A DNA stretch of 63,216 bases, the filler included, from Phoronis australis (lineage: Eukaryota; Animalia; Phoronida), in assembly GCA_002633005.1 (NCBI GenBank). It is 12 parts of 12 records of this genome, joined end to end, with 100 filler letters (N's around TTAATTAATTAA, not from the genome) between each part and the next. Parts side by side here need not be neighbours in the genome. Positions count along the whole stretch, not along the records: positions 24,723 to 27,414 come from NMRA01003491.1; positions 27,515 to 36,060 come from NMRA01001882.1; 10 more parts are not named here. One strand, written 5' to 3'. The first letter of the stretch is position 1. Every line of letters starts with the position of its first letter. Shown piece after piece: positions 25,146 to 36,160 of this stretch. The notes below the pieces were generated by a model. The model had not been told where the DNA came from and searched no databases. It was given only the letters and a program-made list of their open reading frames with translations. The position numbers and the translations under genes were made by a program.

Positions 25146-25709
25146 TGTCACTGACCGGTCGTGATAAAAAGAATACTGGGTCGAGTTAATCACGACCATA
25201 CGTATACAAGTCTACCCAAACAAAACGCTCGACGCAATGTCCTTTCTATGCTTCAGCTAGTGCTTCGAAAGCTTGACTTGCGATTGACTCTTGAGACTCT
25301 AACGGCAACTGCTACAATCGTTGATTCAATATCCTACTGTCTCTATACATGTAGCTGACTTTCACTTGAATAACGCTGTAACTGCTGATTCTGTAACTGC
25401 AACCCAACTGTAACAATAACTCAATTTCAACCCAACGTATTCACGCTAACCTATGCCAAGCAAATTCTAGAACTTTCCACAATCTATCCTATCCTTCTCC
25501 AAACTGATACTAGGCTCTAGAAAGTATGACGCTTTTATAATATTTTGCTGGAATCTACTAAAATTTTCAAGCATTCTGTTGTATCCGAATTACATCAGCA
25601 ATGGCCTGACCTCTTGAGTTTTGACAACCACGTACTATCTGCTAGTAAACGAATAGAACAGCACAATAAAACTTATAGAACCACAATCAGTATCAGACTA
25701 CTACTGACA
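25146..25709. mobile_element. Possible solo LTR
   Basis: TGTCA...TGACA termini, 564 bp, flanks AGGT/ACGT (3/4 match), strong strand skew. Confidence 0.35.
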
Positions 25710-25728
25710 ACGTTATCGTAGAAAGTTG

Positions 25729-26530
25729 TTAAAGTGCCCCCTACAATGGATATTTGCAATTTTTGAGGTTCTAAATCGCGTATGATGATTTTATAGCACG
25801 AAATCTAACTAGATATGCGCTTATATTAGGGAAACGTTGAGGAATTTTGAGTTTTAAAGAAAAAAAATGATGATTTTTTGGCTTCCCGCTTCGTGATGTC
25901 ATCAGTGGACAGAATATATGCAATGGCAGGTAGTAGTGATTTTGTAAGTTACGAAGACTTAGAGAGCAGACTTGACGGGTATTATGAATACAAGTATGGA
26001 GACAGGGTGAAGACGATACTCAGGCCATAAGTAAAACAGGTAATGGATAGGACCTCGCCATTACGGCAGACTGCCTGTTTGAGGCCGTACGAACTTAACC
26101 CTCCCGCTTACCGGTGTATTCGGCGAGTGAATCCGAGTCGAAATCCAGTCAGTTTGCGGACTGTTCTGATTACAGAATGGTAATTAAAACCTGTTATTGA
26201 ATCACGATTTAATTTTCTAACCACATTAGTGTCAAATAATATGTATCTCGAACTATAAATCAAACCGAAGCTTTTACACACTGACTGGCAAAGCCCACTT
26301 CTGCCATTTCTTCGAATGCCGAGTGCGTTTGTCAGGAACGATGATATATAATAATAGTGATGCTAACTAGATTTTATTTATAGTAAATGATATTAGTTTC
26401 TGTCTTGTCTGTTCCAAAATTATGAAAAGTTTGTACCGTTGTTATTCGTTGATTATTTAGGTCCAAAATGTCCGCCTCTGCCTTGTGGGCTGCGATCGTG
26501 ACCTCTTTTCCAATGAACTATGGTACACTC
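25729..26530 (+). mobile_element. Possible decayed Kolobok element
   Basis: Begins TTAA-AGTGCCCC. Internal LRPYELNP...TEW|gtaatt resembles the PYxFEP...W start of the Kolobok accessory ORF. Right end not defined. Confidence 0.35.
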
Positions 26531-27090
26531 TAATCCAATGGAATGACTCAAATCGTTCCAAAATACGATTTATTAAGTGAACATACTATGCGAACACACG
26601 AAAAATGAACATTAAGGTATTATTAAACTACAACACTCAATTTAATTCAAACACACGGTAACCAATAAAACGGAGGAACTATGATGCCAACACAAAACAG
26701 AGCAAAACTATCTAACCACACGTTGATAATGTACAGACCAAGAGTCGCAGAAACCCTAGAAACAGTTCTTCTATTTGGCGCATCATTTTACGATACCTGT
26801 TGTGAAGTTATATAACTGATTATATTTGGCGCCAAAATTCGAAGATTATTGTTCTGCACAATGGCAGTCAAATGTGGCAGTCTTTGCAACTTCTTAGCTC
26901 TGCAAAACACACTTTTCATGAGGCGGAGTCTCCATAAGCTTTAATTTGTATTAATTGTACTTTAGTCTTACTACTACTACTACAAAATTGGTCTCAAGTT
27001 GTTCCTTAGTCGGATAAAAAGCGATTTTTGAGTTCGCAAAAGCTAACAGCTCGTTATTCCTCGAAACCATGTTAGACGCTTAAAATTACA

Positions 27091-27165
27091 TTAAAAAGCG
27101 GACAGCCGCCGCACAAATAAAAAAGTTCATGTTCATTATTTGTGCGGCGATTGTCCGTTTTTTAA
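27091..27165. repeat. 75-bp hairpin bounded by TTAA
   Basis: TTAAAAAGCGGACAGCCGCCGCACAAATAA-15nt-TTATTTGTGCGGCGATTGTCCGTTTTTTAA. Confidence 0.85.
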
Positions 27166-27894
27166 TCTTATTATGGCCAAAAAGTGATGTAATTAACATA
27201 ACATATGCCGTGACACATCAGCTTCTAGAGCTCGGTCTGCTGCAAGTTCTTTCGAAGTGCTGAAGTGGCCTCTAAGTCCACTGCAGAACAATTTAAAACC
27301 AATTTCATAATCGTTTTTTTGTGAAAATCAAAAGTTATTTTTTATAATAGAAGGCGAACTTGCAGCCGTTTTTAATATGTAAACCACAATTACACGTAGT
27401 TCCCAGTTAAACCTNNNNNNNNNNNNNNNNNNNNNNNNNNNNNNNNNNNNNNNNNNNNTTAATTAATTAANNNNNNNNNNNNNNNNNNNNNNNNNNNNNN
27501 NNNNNNNNNNNNNNTTCTCTGAAAGGAGATGTTGGTAGGGACATGCCGTCAATTCAGGTTAGTATTTTTGTCTCTTCGATATAATCTACAGGATTATTTT
27601 GCTTATTAAGTAGATATTTTGCCATCCTGATTGAGTATTTTGGCTTGTGGTATCAGCTAAGATGGCAGGCAAAAGAAAAAAGTTTATGGAAGTGCTTTAT
27701 TGTCTGGGATAGGGTTTAAGGTCCTTTAATACCCTACGGCAATCATTTCTCAATTGCATAGGTGCTGCAAGGTTCATGATTTGAGAAATGACAGCATCTC
27801 CCTATCCGTTAAGCGGAAGGGTATTCTTGTTGAGGGTCACTTTGGGATGACATCAGACAGTGAGTGAATTAGTGACACACTACAAGGAGCTTGC

Positions 27895-27942
27895 CTTCTG
27901 TAGTTGTAGTTGTAGTACTATTATTATCAACTACTGGAAAAC
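27895..27942 (-). CDS. Microexon, 48 nt, (G)FPVVDNNSTTTTTTE
   Basis: ttctttccag acceptor, AAG|gcaagc donor, phase 1-1. Confidence 0.75.
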
Positions 27943-28653
27943 CTGGAAAGAACCAGTCACCAAATTACCCTAGAACAGTGCAAAGTTTATCAAGTCATGA
28001 ATTGTGCTGTCAGTTGTTAAGTCACATTGTCAACCCCTGATGGCACTTTACAATCAATGGAAGCGACACATTCCTCAAAAATGCAACAAAAGAGTACAAA
28101 AATGTCACAACATAGGACTGCGGTAATTAGATTATACAATACAATACAATCAAAATTAACCAACCTGCATTGTGGAGTTTAATAAAATATAAATGTGATT
28201 CAAACACATATCTAAATACCTGAGAGCCAGAATTAAAGAAGTAGATTCAGGATTTGAGTGAGGATTATTCAGTGCCTGGGGGGAGTGGGGGGGTTTCTCT
28301 GAAAGGTGATGTTGGTAGGGACATGCCGTCAATTCAGGTGGGTATTTTTATGTCTCCCGATATAATTTCTAGCGATATGTTGCTCAAGTAGATATTTTGC
28401 GGCTTGGTGGTATCCGCTAAGATGACAGGCAAAAGAAAAGAAGGTTGACAGAAGTACTTTTGTTCGGGATAGTTTTACATCCATTCATAGCCTTTGATAA
28501 TCATTTTCTCAATGACCTAGGTACTGCACTAATCATGATTTGAAATATGACGGCATCTCCCTATCCGTTAAGCGGAAGAGTATTCATGATGAGGGTCACT
28601 TTGGTATGACATCAGACAGTGCATGAATTAGTGACACACTACAAGGAGCTTGC

Positions 28654-28707
28654 CTTCTGTAGTTGTAGTTGTAGTTGTAGTACTATTATTATCAACTACT
28701 GGAAAAC
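28654..28707 (-). CDS. Microexon, 54 nt, (G)FPVVDNNSTTTTTTTTE
   Basis: tttctttccag acceptor, AAG|gcaagc donor, phase 1-1. Confidence 0.75.
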
Positions 28708-29457
28708 CTGGAAAGAAACATTCATCAAATTACTCGAGAACAGTGAAGACAGTGCAAAGCTTATCAAGTCGTAAATTCTGCTGTTAGTGTTAAGTCATAC
28801 TGTCAACCCCTAATGGCACTTTATAATGAGAGGAACTAACACATTCCTCAAAAATGCATCAAATGTGTGCAAAACTATCACAACATATGATTATGGTAAT
28901 TAGATTATACAATACAATACAATTCAATACAATCAAAATTAACCACCTGTTGAGCTAATTTGTATTGTGGAGTTTAATAAAATATAAAGGTAACTCAAAC
29001 ATATATCTAAATACTTAAGAGCCACAATTAAACAAGAAGGTTCAGGATTTGGGTGAGGATTATTCAGTGCTTTGGGAGGGGTGAGGGTGTTCTGAAAGAT
29101 GTTGGTAGGGACATGCCGTCAATTCAGTTGAGTATCTCTCTGACATAATCTCCAGGGCTTTTTGCTCATGTAGATATTATGCCATCCTGTGTGTGTATTT
29201 TGGCTTTGTGGTATCAGCTCAGATGGCAGGCAAAACAAAAGAAGATTCATGGAAGTGCTTTATTGCCCGAGATAGGGTTTGAGATCCTTTAATAGCCTAC
29301 GGTAATTATTTCTCAGTTGCCTAGGTACTGCACTGATCACGATTTGAAATATGATGGCATCTCCCAATCCCTGAAGCGGAAGGGTATTCGTGATGAGGGC
29401 CACTTTGGTATGACATCAGACGGTGCATGAATTAGTGACACACTACAAGGAGCTTGC

Positions 29458-29511
29458 CTTCTGTAGTTGTAGTTGTAGTTGTAGTACTATTATTATCAAC
29501 TGAAGGAAAAC
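29458..29511 (-). CDS. Microexon, 54 nt, (G)FPSVDNNSTTTTTTTTE
   Basis: tcctttccag acceptor, AAG|gcaagc donor. Confidence 0.75.
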
Positions 29512-30224
29512 CTGGAAAGGACCAGTCACCAAATTACCCTTCAACAGTGAAGACAGCGCAAAATTTATCAAGTTATAAATTGTGCTGTAGTCAAGAGATA
29601 TTGTCAACCCCTGATGGCACTTTGCAATCAGAGGAAGCGATACATTCCTCAAAAATGCACTAAAAAGTACAAAAATATCACAGCATATGACTATGGTAAT
29701 TAGATTATACAATACAAACAAAATTAACCAGCCTGTTCAGCTAATTTGCATAGTGGAGTTTAATAAAATGTAAACGTGATTCAAACACATACCAGAGCCA
29801 GACTTAAAGAAGAAGATTCAGAAGCTGGGTGAGGATTATTCAGTGCCTGGGGGGAGGGGGGGGGTTTCTCTGAAAGGTGATGTTGGTAGGGACATGCCGT
29901 CAATTCAGGTGGGTATTTTTATGTCTCCCGATATAATTTCTAGCGATATGTTGCTCAAGTAGATATTTTGCGGCTTGGTGGTATCCGCTAAGATGACAGG
30001 CAAAAGAAAAGAAGGTTGACAGAAGTACTTTTGTTCGGGATAGTTTTACATCCATTGATAGCCTTTGATAATCATTTTCTCAATGACCTAGGTACTGCAC
30101 TAATCATGATTTGAAATATGACGGCATCTCCCTATCCGTTAAGCGGAAGAGTATTCATGATGAGGGTCACTTTGGTATGACATCAGACAGTGCATGAATT
30201 AGTGACACACTACAAGGAGCTTGC

Positions 30225-30278
30225 CTTCTGTAGTTGTAGTTGTAGTTGTAGTACTATTATTATCAACTACTGGAAAAC
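30225..30278 (-). CDS. Microexon, 54 nt, (G)FPVVDNNSTTTTTTTTE
   Basis: Same splice signals, phase 1-1. Confidence 0.72.
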
Positions 30279-30851
30279 CTGGAAAGAAACATTCATCAAA
30301 TTACTCGAGAACAGTGAAGACAGTGCAAAGCTTATCAAGTCGTAAATTCTGCTGTTAGTGTTAAGTCATACTGTCAACCCCTAATGGCACTTTATAATGA
30401 GAGGAACTAACACATTCCTCAAAAATGCATCAAATGTGTGCAAAACTATCACAACATATGATTATGGTAATTAGATTATACAATACAATACAATTCAATA
30501 CAATCAAAATTAACCACCTGTTGAGCTAATTTGTATTGTGGAGTTTAATAAAATATAAAGGTAACTCAAACATATATCTAAATACTTAAGNTAATTGCTT
30601 TGGCTTTGTGGTATCAGCTAAGATGGCAGGCAAAAGAAAAGAAGGTTTATGAAAGTGCTTTATTGTCAGGGATAGGGTTTTAGATGCTTTAACAGCCTTC
30701 GGTAATCGTTTCTAGATAGCCTAGTTATGATCACCGTTTGAAAAATGACGACATCTCCCTATCTTGTAAGTGGAAGAGAATTTATGATGAGGGTCACTTT
30801 GGGATGACATCAGACAGTGAGTGAATTAGTTACACACTACAAGGAGCTTGC

Positions 30852-30899
30852 CTTCTGTAGTTGTAGTTGTAGTACTATTATTATCAACTATTGGAAAAC
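30852..30899 (-). CDS. Microexon, 48 nt, (G)FPIVDNNSTTTTTTE
   Basis: Same splice signals; conservative V-to-I change. Confidence 0.75.
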
Positions 30900-31645
30900 C
30901 TGGAAAGAACCAGTCACCAAATTACCCTAGAACAGTGAAGACAGTACAAAGTTTATCAAGTTATAAATTGTGCTGTTGTCAAGTCATAATTTCAACCACT
31001 GATGGCACTTTACAATCAGAGGAAGCAATACATTCCTCAAACATGCATCAATAGAGTACAAAAATGTCACAACATATAATTATGGCAATTAGATTATACA
31101 GTACGATACAATCAAAATTAATCAGCCTGGTGAGCTAATTTGCATTGTGGAGTTTAATAAAATATAAATTTGATTCAAACACATAATCTAAATACCCGAG
31201 AGCCAGAATGAAATAAGTAGATTCAGGATATGGGTGAGGATTATTCAGTGCCTGGGGGAGGGGAGTTCTCTGAAAGGTGATGTTGATAGGGACATGCCGT
31301 CAATTCAGGTTGGTATTTTTATCTCTCTTGATATAATTCCTGGCGATATGTTGCTCAAGTAGATATTTTGTCATCCTGAGTGTGTATTTTAGCTTGGTGT
31401 TATCAGCTAAGACGGTAGGCAGAAGAAAATGAGGTTGGCAGAAGTACTGTTGTTCGGGATAAAGTTTTACATCCATTAATAGCCTTTGATAATCATTTTC
31501 TCAATGGCCTAGGTACTGCACTAATCATGATTTGAAATATGACGGCATCTCCCTATCTGTTAAGCGGAAGAGTATTCATGATGAGGGTCACTTTGGTATG
31601 ACATCAGACAGTGCATGAATTAGTGACACACTACAAGGAGCTTGC

Positions 31646-31699
31646 CTTCTGTAGTTGTAGTTGTAGTTGTAGTACTATTATTATCAACTACTGGAAAAC
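31646..31699 (-). CDS. Microexon, 54 nt, (G)FPVVDNNSTTTTTTTTE
   Basis: Same splice signals, phase 1-1. Confidence 0.72.
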
Positions 31700-32452
31700 C
31701 TGGAAAGAAACATTCATCAAATTACTCGAGAACAGTGAAGACAGTGCAAAGCTTATCAAGTCGTAAATTCTGCTGTTAGTGTTAAGTCATACTGTCAACC
31801 CCTAATGGCACTTTATAATGAGAGGAACTAACACATTCCTCAAAAATGCATCAAATGTGTGCAAAACTATCACAACATATGATTATGGTAATTAGATTAT
31901 ACAATACAATACAATTCAATACAATCAAAATTAACCACCTGTTGAGCTAATTTGTATTGTGGAGTTTAATAAAATATAAAGGTAACTCAAACATATATCT
32001 AAATACTTAAGAGCCACAATTAAACAAGAAGGTTCAGGATTTGGGTGAGGATTATTCAGTGCTTTGGGAGGGGTGAGGGTGTTCTGAAAGGAGATGTTGG
32101 TAGGGACATGCCGTCAATTCAGTTGAGTATCTCTCTGACATAATCTCCAGGGCTTTTTGCTCATGTAGATATTATGCCATCCTGTGTGTGTATTTTGGCT
32201 TTGTGGTATCAGCTCAGATGGCAGGCAAAACAAAAGAGGATTCATGGAAGTACTTTATTGCCTGAGATAGGGTTTGAGATCCTTTAATAACCTACGGTAA
32301 TTATTTCTCAGTTGCCTAGGTACTGCACTGATCACGATTTGAAATATGATGGCATCTCCCAATCCCTGAAGCGGAAGGGTATTCATGATGAGGGTAACTT
32401 TGGGATGTCATCAGACAGTGAGTGAATTAGTGACACACTACAAGGAGCTTGC

Positions 32453-32500
32453 CTTCTGTAGTTGTAGTTGTAGTACTATTATTATCAACTGAAGGAAAAC
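32453..32500 (-). CDS. Microexon, 48 nt, (G)FPSVDNNSTTTTTTE
   Basis: Same splice signals, phase 1-1. Confidence 0.75.
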
Positions 32501-33247
32501 CTGGAAAGGACCAGTCACCAAATTACCCTTGAACAGTGAAGACAGTGCAAAGTTAATCAAGTCATAAACGGAGTTGTTGCAAATCCTATTTTCAACCCCT
32601 GATGGCACTTTACAATCAGAGGAAGGGACACATTCCTCAAAAATTCACCAAAAGAGTACACAAATATCACAACATATGACTATGGTAAATTAGATTATAC
32701 AATACAATCAAAATTAACCAGCCTATTGATCTAATTTGCATTGTGGAGTTTAATGAAACATAAACGTGATTCAAACACATTTCTAAATACTTGAGAGCCA
32801 GAATTAAACAAGTAGATTCAGGATTTGGGTGAGGATTATTAAGTGCCTGGGGGGAGGGGGGCTGGGGTTCTCTGAAAGGTGATGTTGGTAGGGACATGCC
32901 GTTAATTCAGGTTGGTATTTTTGTCTCTTCGATATAATCTATAGGATTATTTTGCTCAAGTAGATATTTTGCCATCCTGAGTGTGTACTTTGGCTTTGTG
33001 GTATCAGCTCAGATGGCAAGCAAAAGAAAAGAAGGTTCATGGAAGTGCTTTATTGTCTGGGATAGGGTTTTAGATCCTTTATTAGCCTACGGCAATTATT
33101 TTTCAATTGCCTAGGTACTGCACTGTTCACAATTTGAAATATGACGGCATCTCCTTATCCGTTAAGCGGAAGGGTATTCATGATGAGGGTCACTTTGGAA
33201 TGACATCAGACGGTGAGTGAATTAGTGACACACTACAAGGAGCTTGC

Positions 33248-33301
33248 CTTCTGTAGTTGTAGTTGCAGTTGTAGTACTATTATTATCAACTACTGGAAAA
33301 C
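33248..33301 (-). CDS. Microexon, 54 nt, FPVVDNNSTTTATTTTE
   Basis: Same splice signals, phase 1-1. Confidence 0.75.
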
Positions 33302-33639
33302 CTGGAAAGAACCAGTCACCAAATTACCCTTCAACAGTGAAGACAGCGCAAAGTTTATCAAGTTATAAATTGTGCTGTAGTCAAGAGACATTGTCAACCC
33401 CTGATGGCACTTTACAATCAGAGGAAGCGATACATTCCTCAAAAATGCACTAAAAAGTAAAAAAATATCACAGCATATGACTATGGTAATTAGATTATAC
33501 AATACAAACAAAATTAACCAGCCTGTTCAGCTAATTTGCATAGTGGAGTTTAATAAAATGTAAACGTGATTCAAACACATACCAGAGCCAGACTTAAAGA
33601 AGTAGATTCAGAAGCTGGGTGAGGATTATTCAGTGCCTN

Positions 33640-33709
33640 TCTGGTTCTTACAGTTTTCTTCATCCAACTTGCACTTGTTGGCGTAAGTCATACCATCAGT
33701 TCCACACAC
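33640..33709 (-). CDS. Kazal-domain exon of agrin-like follistatin-repeat protein (cut by N at 33639)
   Basis: ttttgtag acceptor; VCGTDGMTYANKCKLDEENCKNQ; phase 0, matching the preceding exon. Confidence 0.9.
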
Positions 33710-34549
33710 CTACAAAATAACTCATCACTGAATTATAGGCACTGTTACTGCAAAAAAAAACTCCAAAAGTAAGTCTGTCACCTGCCATCAGGCTCGTTGG
33801 GCCAACTGGTAACTAGTTTTGTAGCGAGGAGGGATGTGACACTTTTAACTCCACCTGAACGGCAAGCTGGTACATTACAGTTATGTCCAAGAGATGGACA
33901 GTTCTTACTCCTATAGCAAAGTCAACTGGAGTAACCCAGGTTAACAGCACAGCATTACCCAAGACACAGACTTAGAGAATACGATTGATGCTCGTTAATC
34001 AGAAGAGGAAACTGGTTCTCAACACACAGGACCCTGTCAGTGACCGCTACCCTTGACAACTACATGTATCAGCCACGGCCAACCACTGTGCTGAATAGCC
34101 ACTGTCAAACCCTCAAAAACAAGATCAATCGCTATTTTTGAACACATGCAAGAACTCATACAGAGGAGTTGTTGTACAGTTTTAGAGTGTTTAAGCTAGT
34201 AGGTGATGTCTACACAAAGAGGATAAGAGTATACGAAGACACATCACTAGATTACAATGCGTTGTAGACCTATGAATGATCATATATGATTTTTAGAGTA
34301 CATGAGTTAGGTTAGTCACATAGTTTTACTATTTGGTTTGTGCAATGTAAGCATATAATACCATGAGCACAGACGCATCCTAGCTACGTGACGGTCACAT
34401 TAACCATGATCAATGGCTTCCAGGACAATCGAATTCAAAGAGTACATATAATGAAATATGTACCTAGCTAATGAAACTTAAAACGTAACAGTTATGTTAA
34501 CAAGCACGATGACCAAAGCTCAACACCCAAAAAGTAACTATATACTTAC

Positions 34550-34659
34550 AGGCTTGTGTTCTTCTGAGCATTTAGGACACTCACAGATGGGCTTGTTGTT
34601 CCTTACTTTACACTCGGCTCCATAAGCACATTTAAAATCTACACAGAGACCACCATCAG
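34550..34659 (-). CDS. Follistatin-N/Kazal exon, agrin-like
   Basis: ttgcag acceptor and gtaagt donor; DGGLCVDFKCAYGAECKVRNNKPICECPKCSEEHKP; phase 1-0. Confidence 0.9.
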
Positions 34660-35259
34660 CTGCAATAAAGGAATAACATGGCAATAAACAGACACTAAGC
34701 TGAAATAACTGACAGCTAATTTGATATTTACAAAAGTAAAACAAAACCGTTACAAGGAACTCTAATACAATGTCTGGGATGTTTAACACAAACATAAGAA
34801 ACAGCAGACTGTCACAAATCTAATCACATGAGTTCGGTTTGCGTACGATTTAAAAATTGTGACTGATTACTACTGTAATGATATGCATAATACCACATAA
34901 CAGTACCCACTTCAAGTTGATGTGTATTATAGCTCACAACTGACTACAAGTTGGCAGGCTGGTATACAGCTGAAAAGTGGGTGCATATTGACGTGTATCA
35001 TAGTTAGAAACAGAATGTTCATTGACGAGTATTATAGCTAAGAACAAACAGACTATGATTTGGATAGTATTATAGTTGACTATTACAGCTAAAACTAGTT
35101 TTAATTTGATGTCCATCACAGTAAAACCCTGAGGCAAGTTGAACTGATTGCAATGGGGAGATGTATCATTGGCAAGAACTAGATGGAAGTTGATCTACTG
35201 GTAACTGGTTGGAAGTTGGCATGACAACTCATCCATGAGTATTGCAGCAGAGAACTCAC

Positions 35260-35472
35260 CACAAGTTCCAACAAATTTGATAGTAAGATCTTTGTTCGCT
35301 TTACAAGACTTCTTCATCAGATCACAACTATTCTCATATGTGACACCATCTGATCCACACACAGGCCGGTAGTAGCGCGACTCACAGGTTGGACATTCAC
35401 ACTGTGCAGGTCGTCCACTATTAATCATGCACTCAGCATAACGTCTACACTCCAAGTTGCCACAACCTTCAC
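35260..35472 (-). CDS. Complete follistatin domain exon, agrin-like
   Basis: ttacag acceptor and gtgagt donor, 213 nt, phase 1-1; CGNLECRRYAEC...CECPTC...PVCGSDGVTYENSCDLMKKSC...GTC. Confidence 0.93.
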
Positions 35473-36160
35473 CTGTAATAAAAAGACCAAACAAACGGTA
35501 AAATTGTGAAGTAACTTAACACACAATTAGATGCCAGCACAAACCACCTCCAGCAATAGTTGAATAAAGAAATTATGACAGTGATTTTGATGCATTGGTT
35601 TAAAAATTTGATAGAAACAAAGATGAGTATAATTAAGTATGAACACGTTCAAGATGCTCAAGTGTTTGCCTTTTTCCTATTCCAAAGTGTTGTTCAACCC
35701 CTTTTACTTAATATTTGCCTGGTGTCGAATCTGAAGATGACTTGAATCAAATTTTGCATGGATATCAGTCATAATTACACTTGCTTTGCAACAAACCACC
35801 AATGATTTAATTACCATTAGTCATTAGGATACAATGTGAAAGTGAACAGTAATTCCTGAGGCAAGTTATTTGTCATCACTTCTTAACCAAGTAAACTTAA
35901 GAAAGAGCAAAAATAATTCCCAAAATTACCCTTTTTTGTTTGGCATGGTCTTCTGCATAGTTTTAAATGCCAATAATTTTTCAAAATATTCTCTGATGGT
36001 AGCTACGGTACAGAACATGAATAATATTCTCTGATGGTAGCTACGGTACAGAACATGAATNNNNNNNNNNNNNNNNNNNNNNNNNNNNNNNNNNNNNNNN
36101 NNNNTTAATTAATTAANNNNNNNNNNNNNNNNNNNNNNNNNNNNNNNNNNNNNNNNNNNN

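Larger units (their letters stand above)
27515..33638. repeat. Tandem array of eight ~760-807-bp units (exon+intron duplications)
   Basis: Landmark ACACACTACAAGGAGCTTGCCTTCTGTAG recurs eight times. Single Ns at 30591 and 33639. Confidence 0.97.

Noticed and set aside
29454-33453. Plus-strand ORFs MPSVVVVVV... and minus-strand ...LQLQLQ ORFs in the array
   Set aside because: These are antisense or off-frame readings of the Thr-coding microexons. They have non-ATG starts and are not preserved in all units.
35985-36060. Exact 38-bp duplication
   Set aside because: It sits at a contig end; probably the start of an unresolved minisatellite or an assembly artefact.
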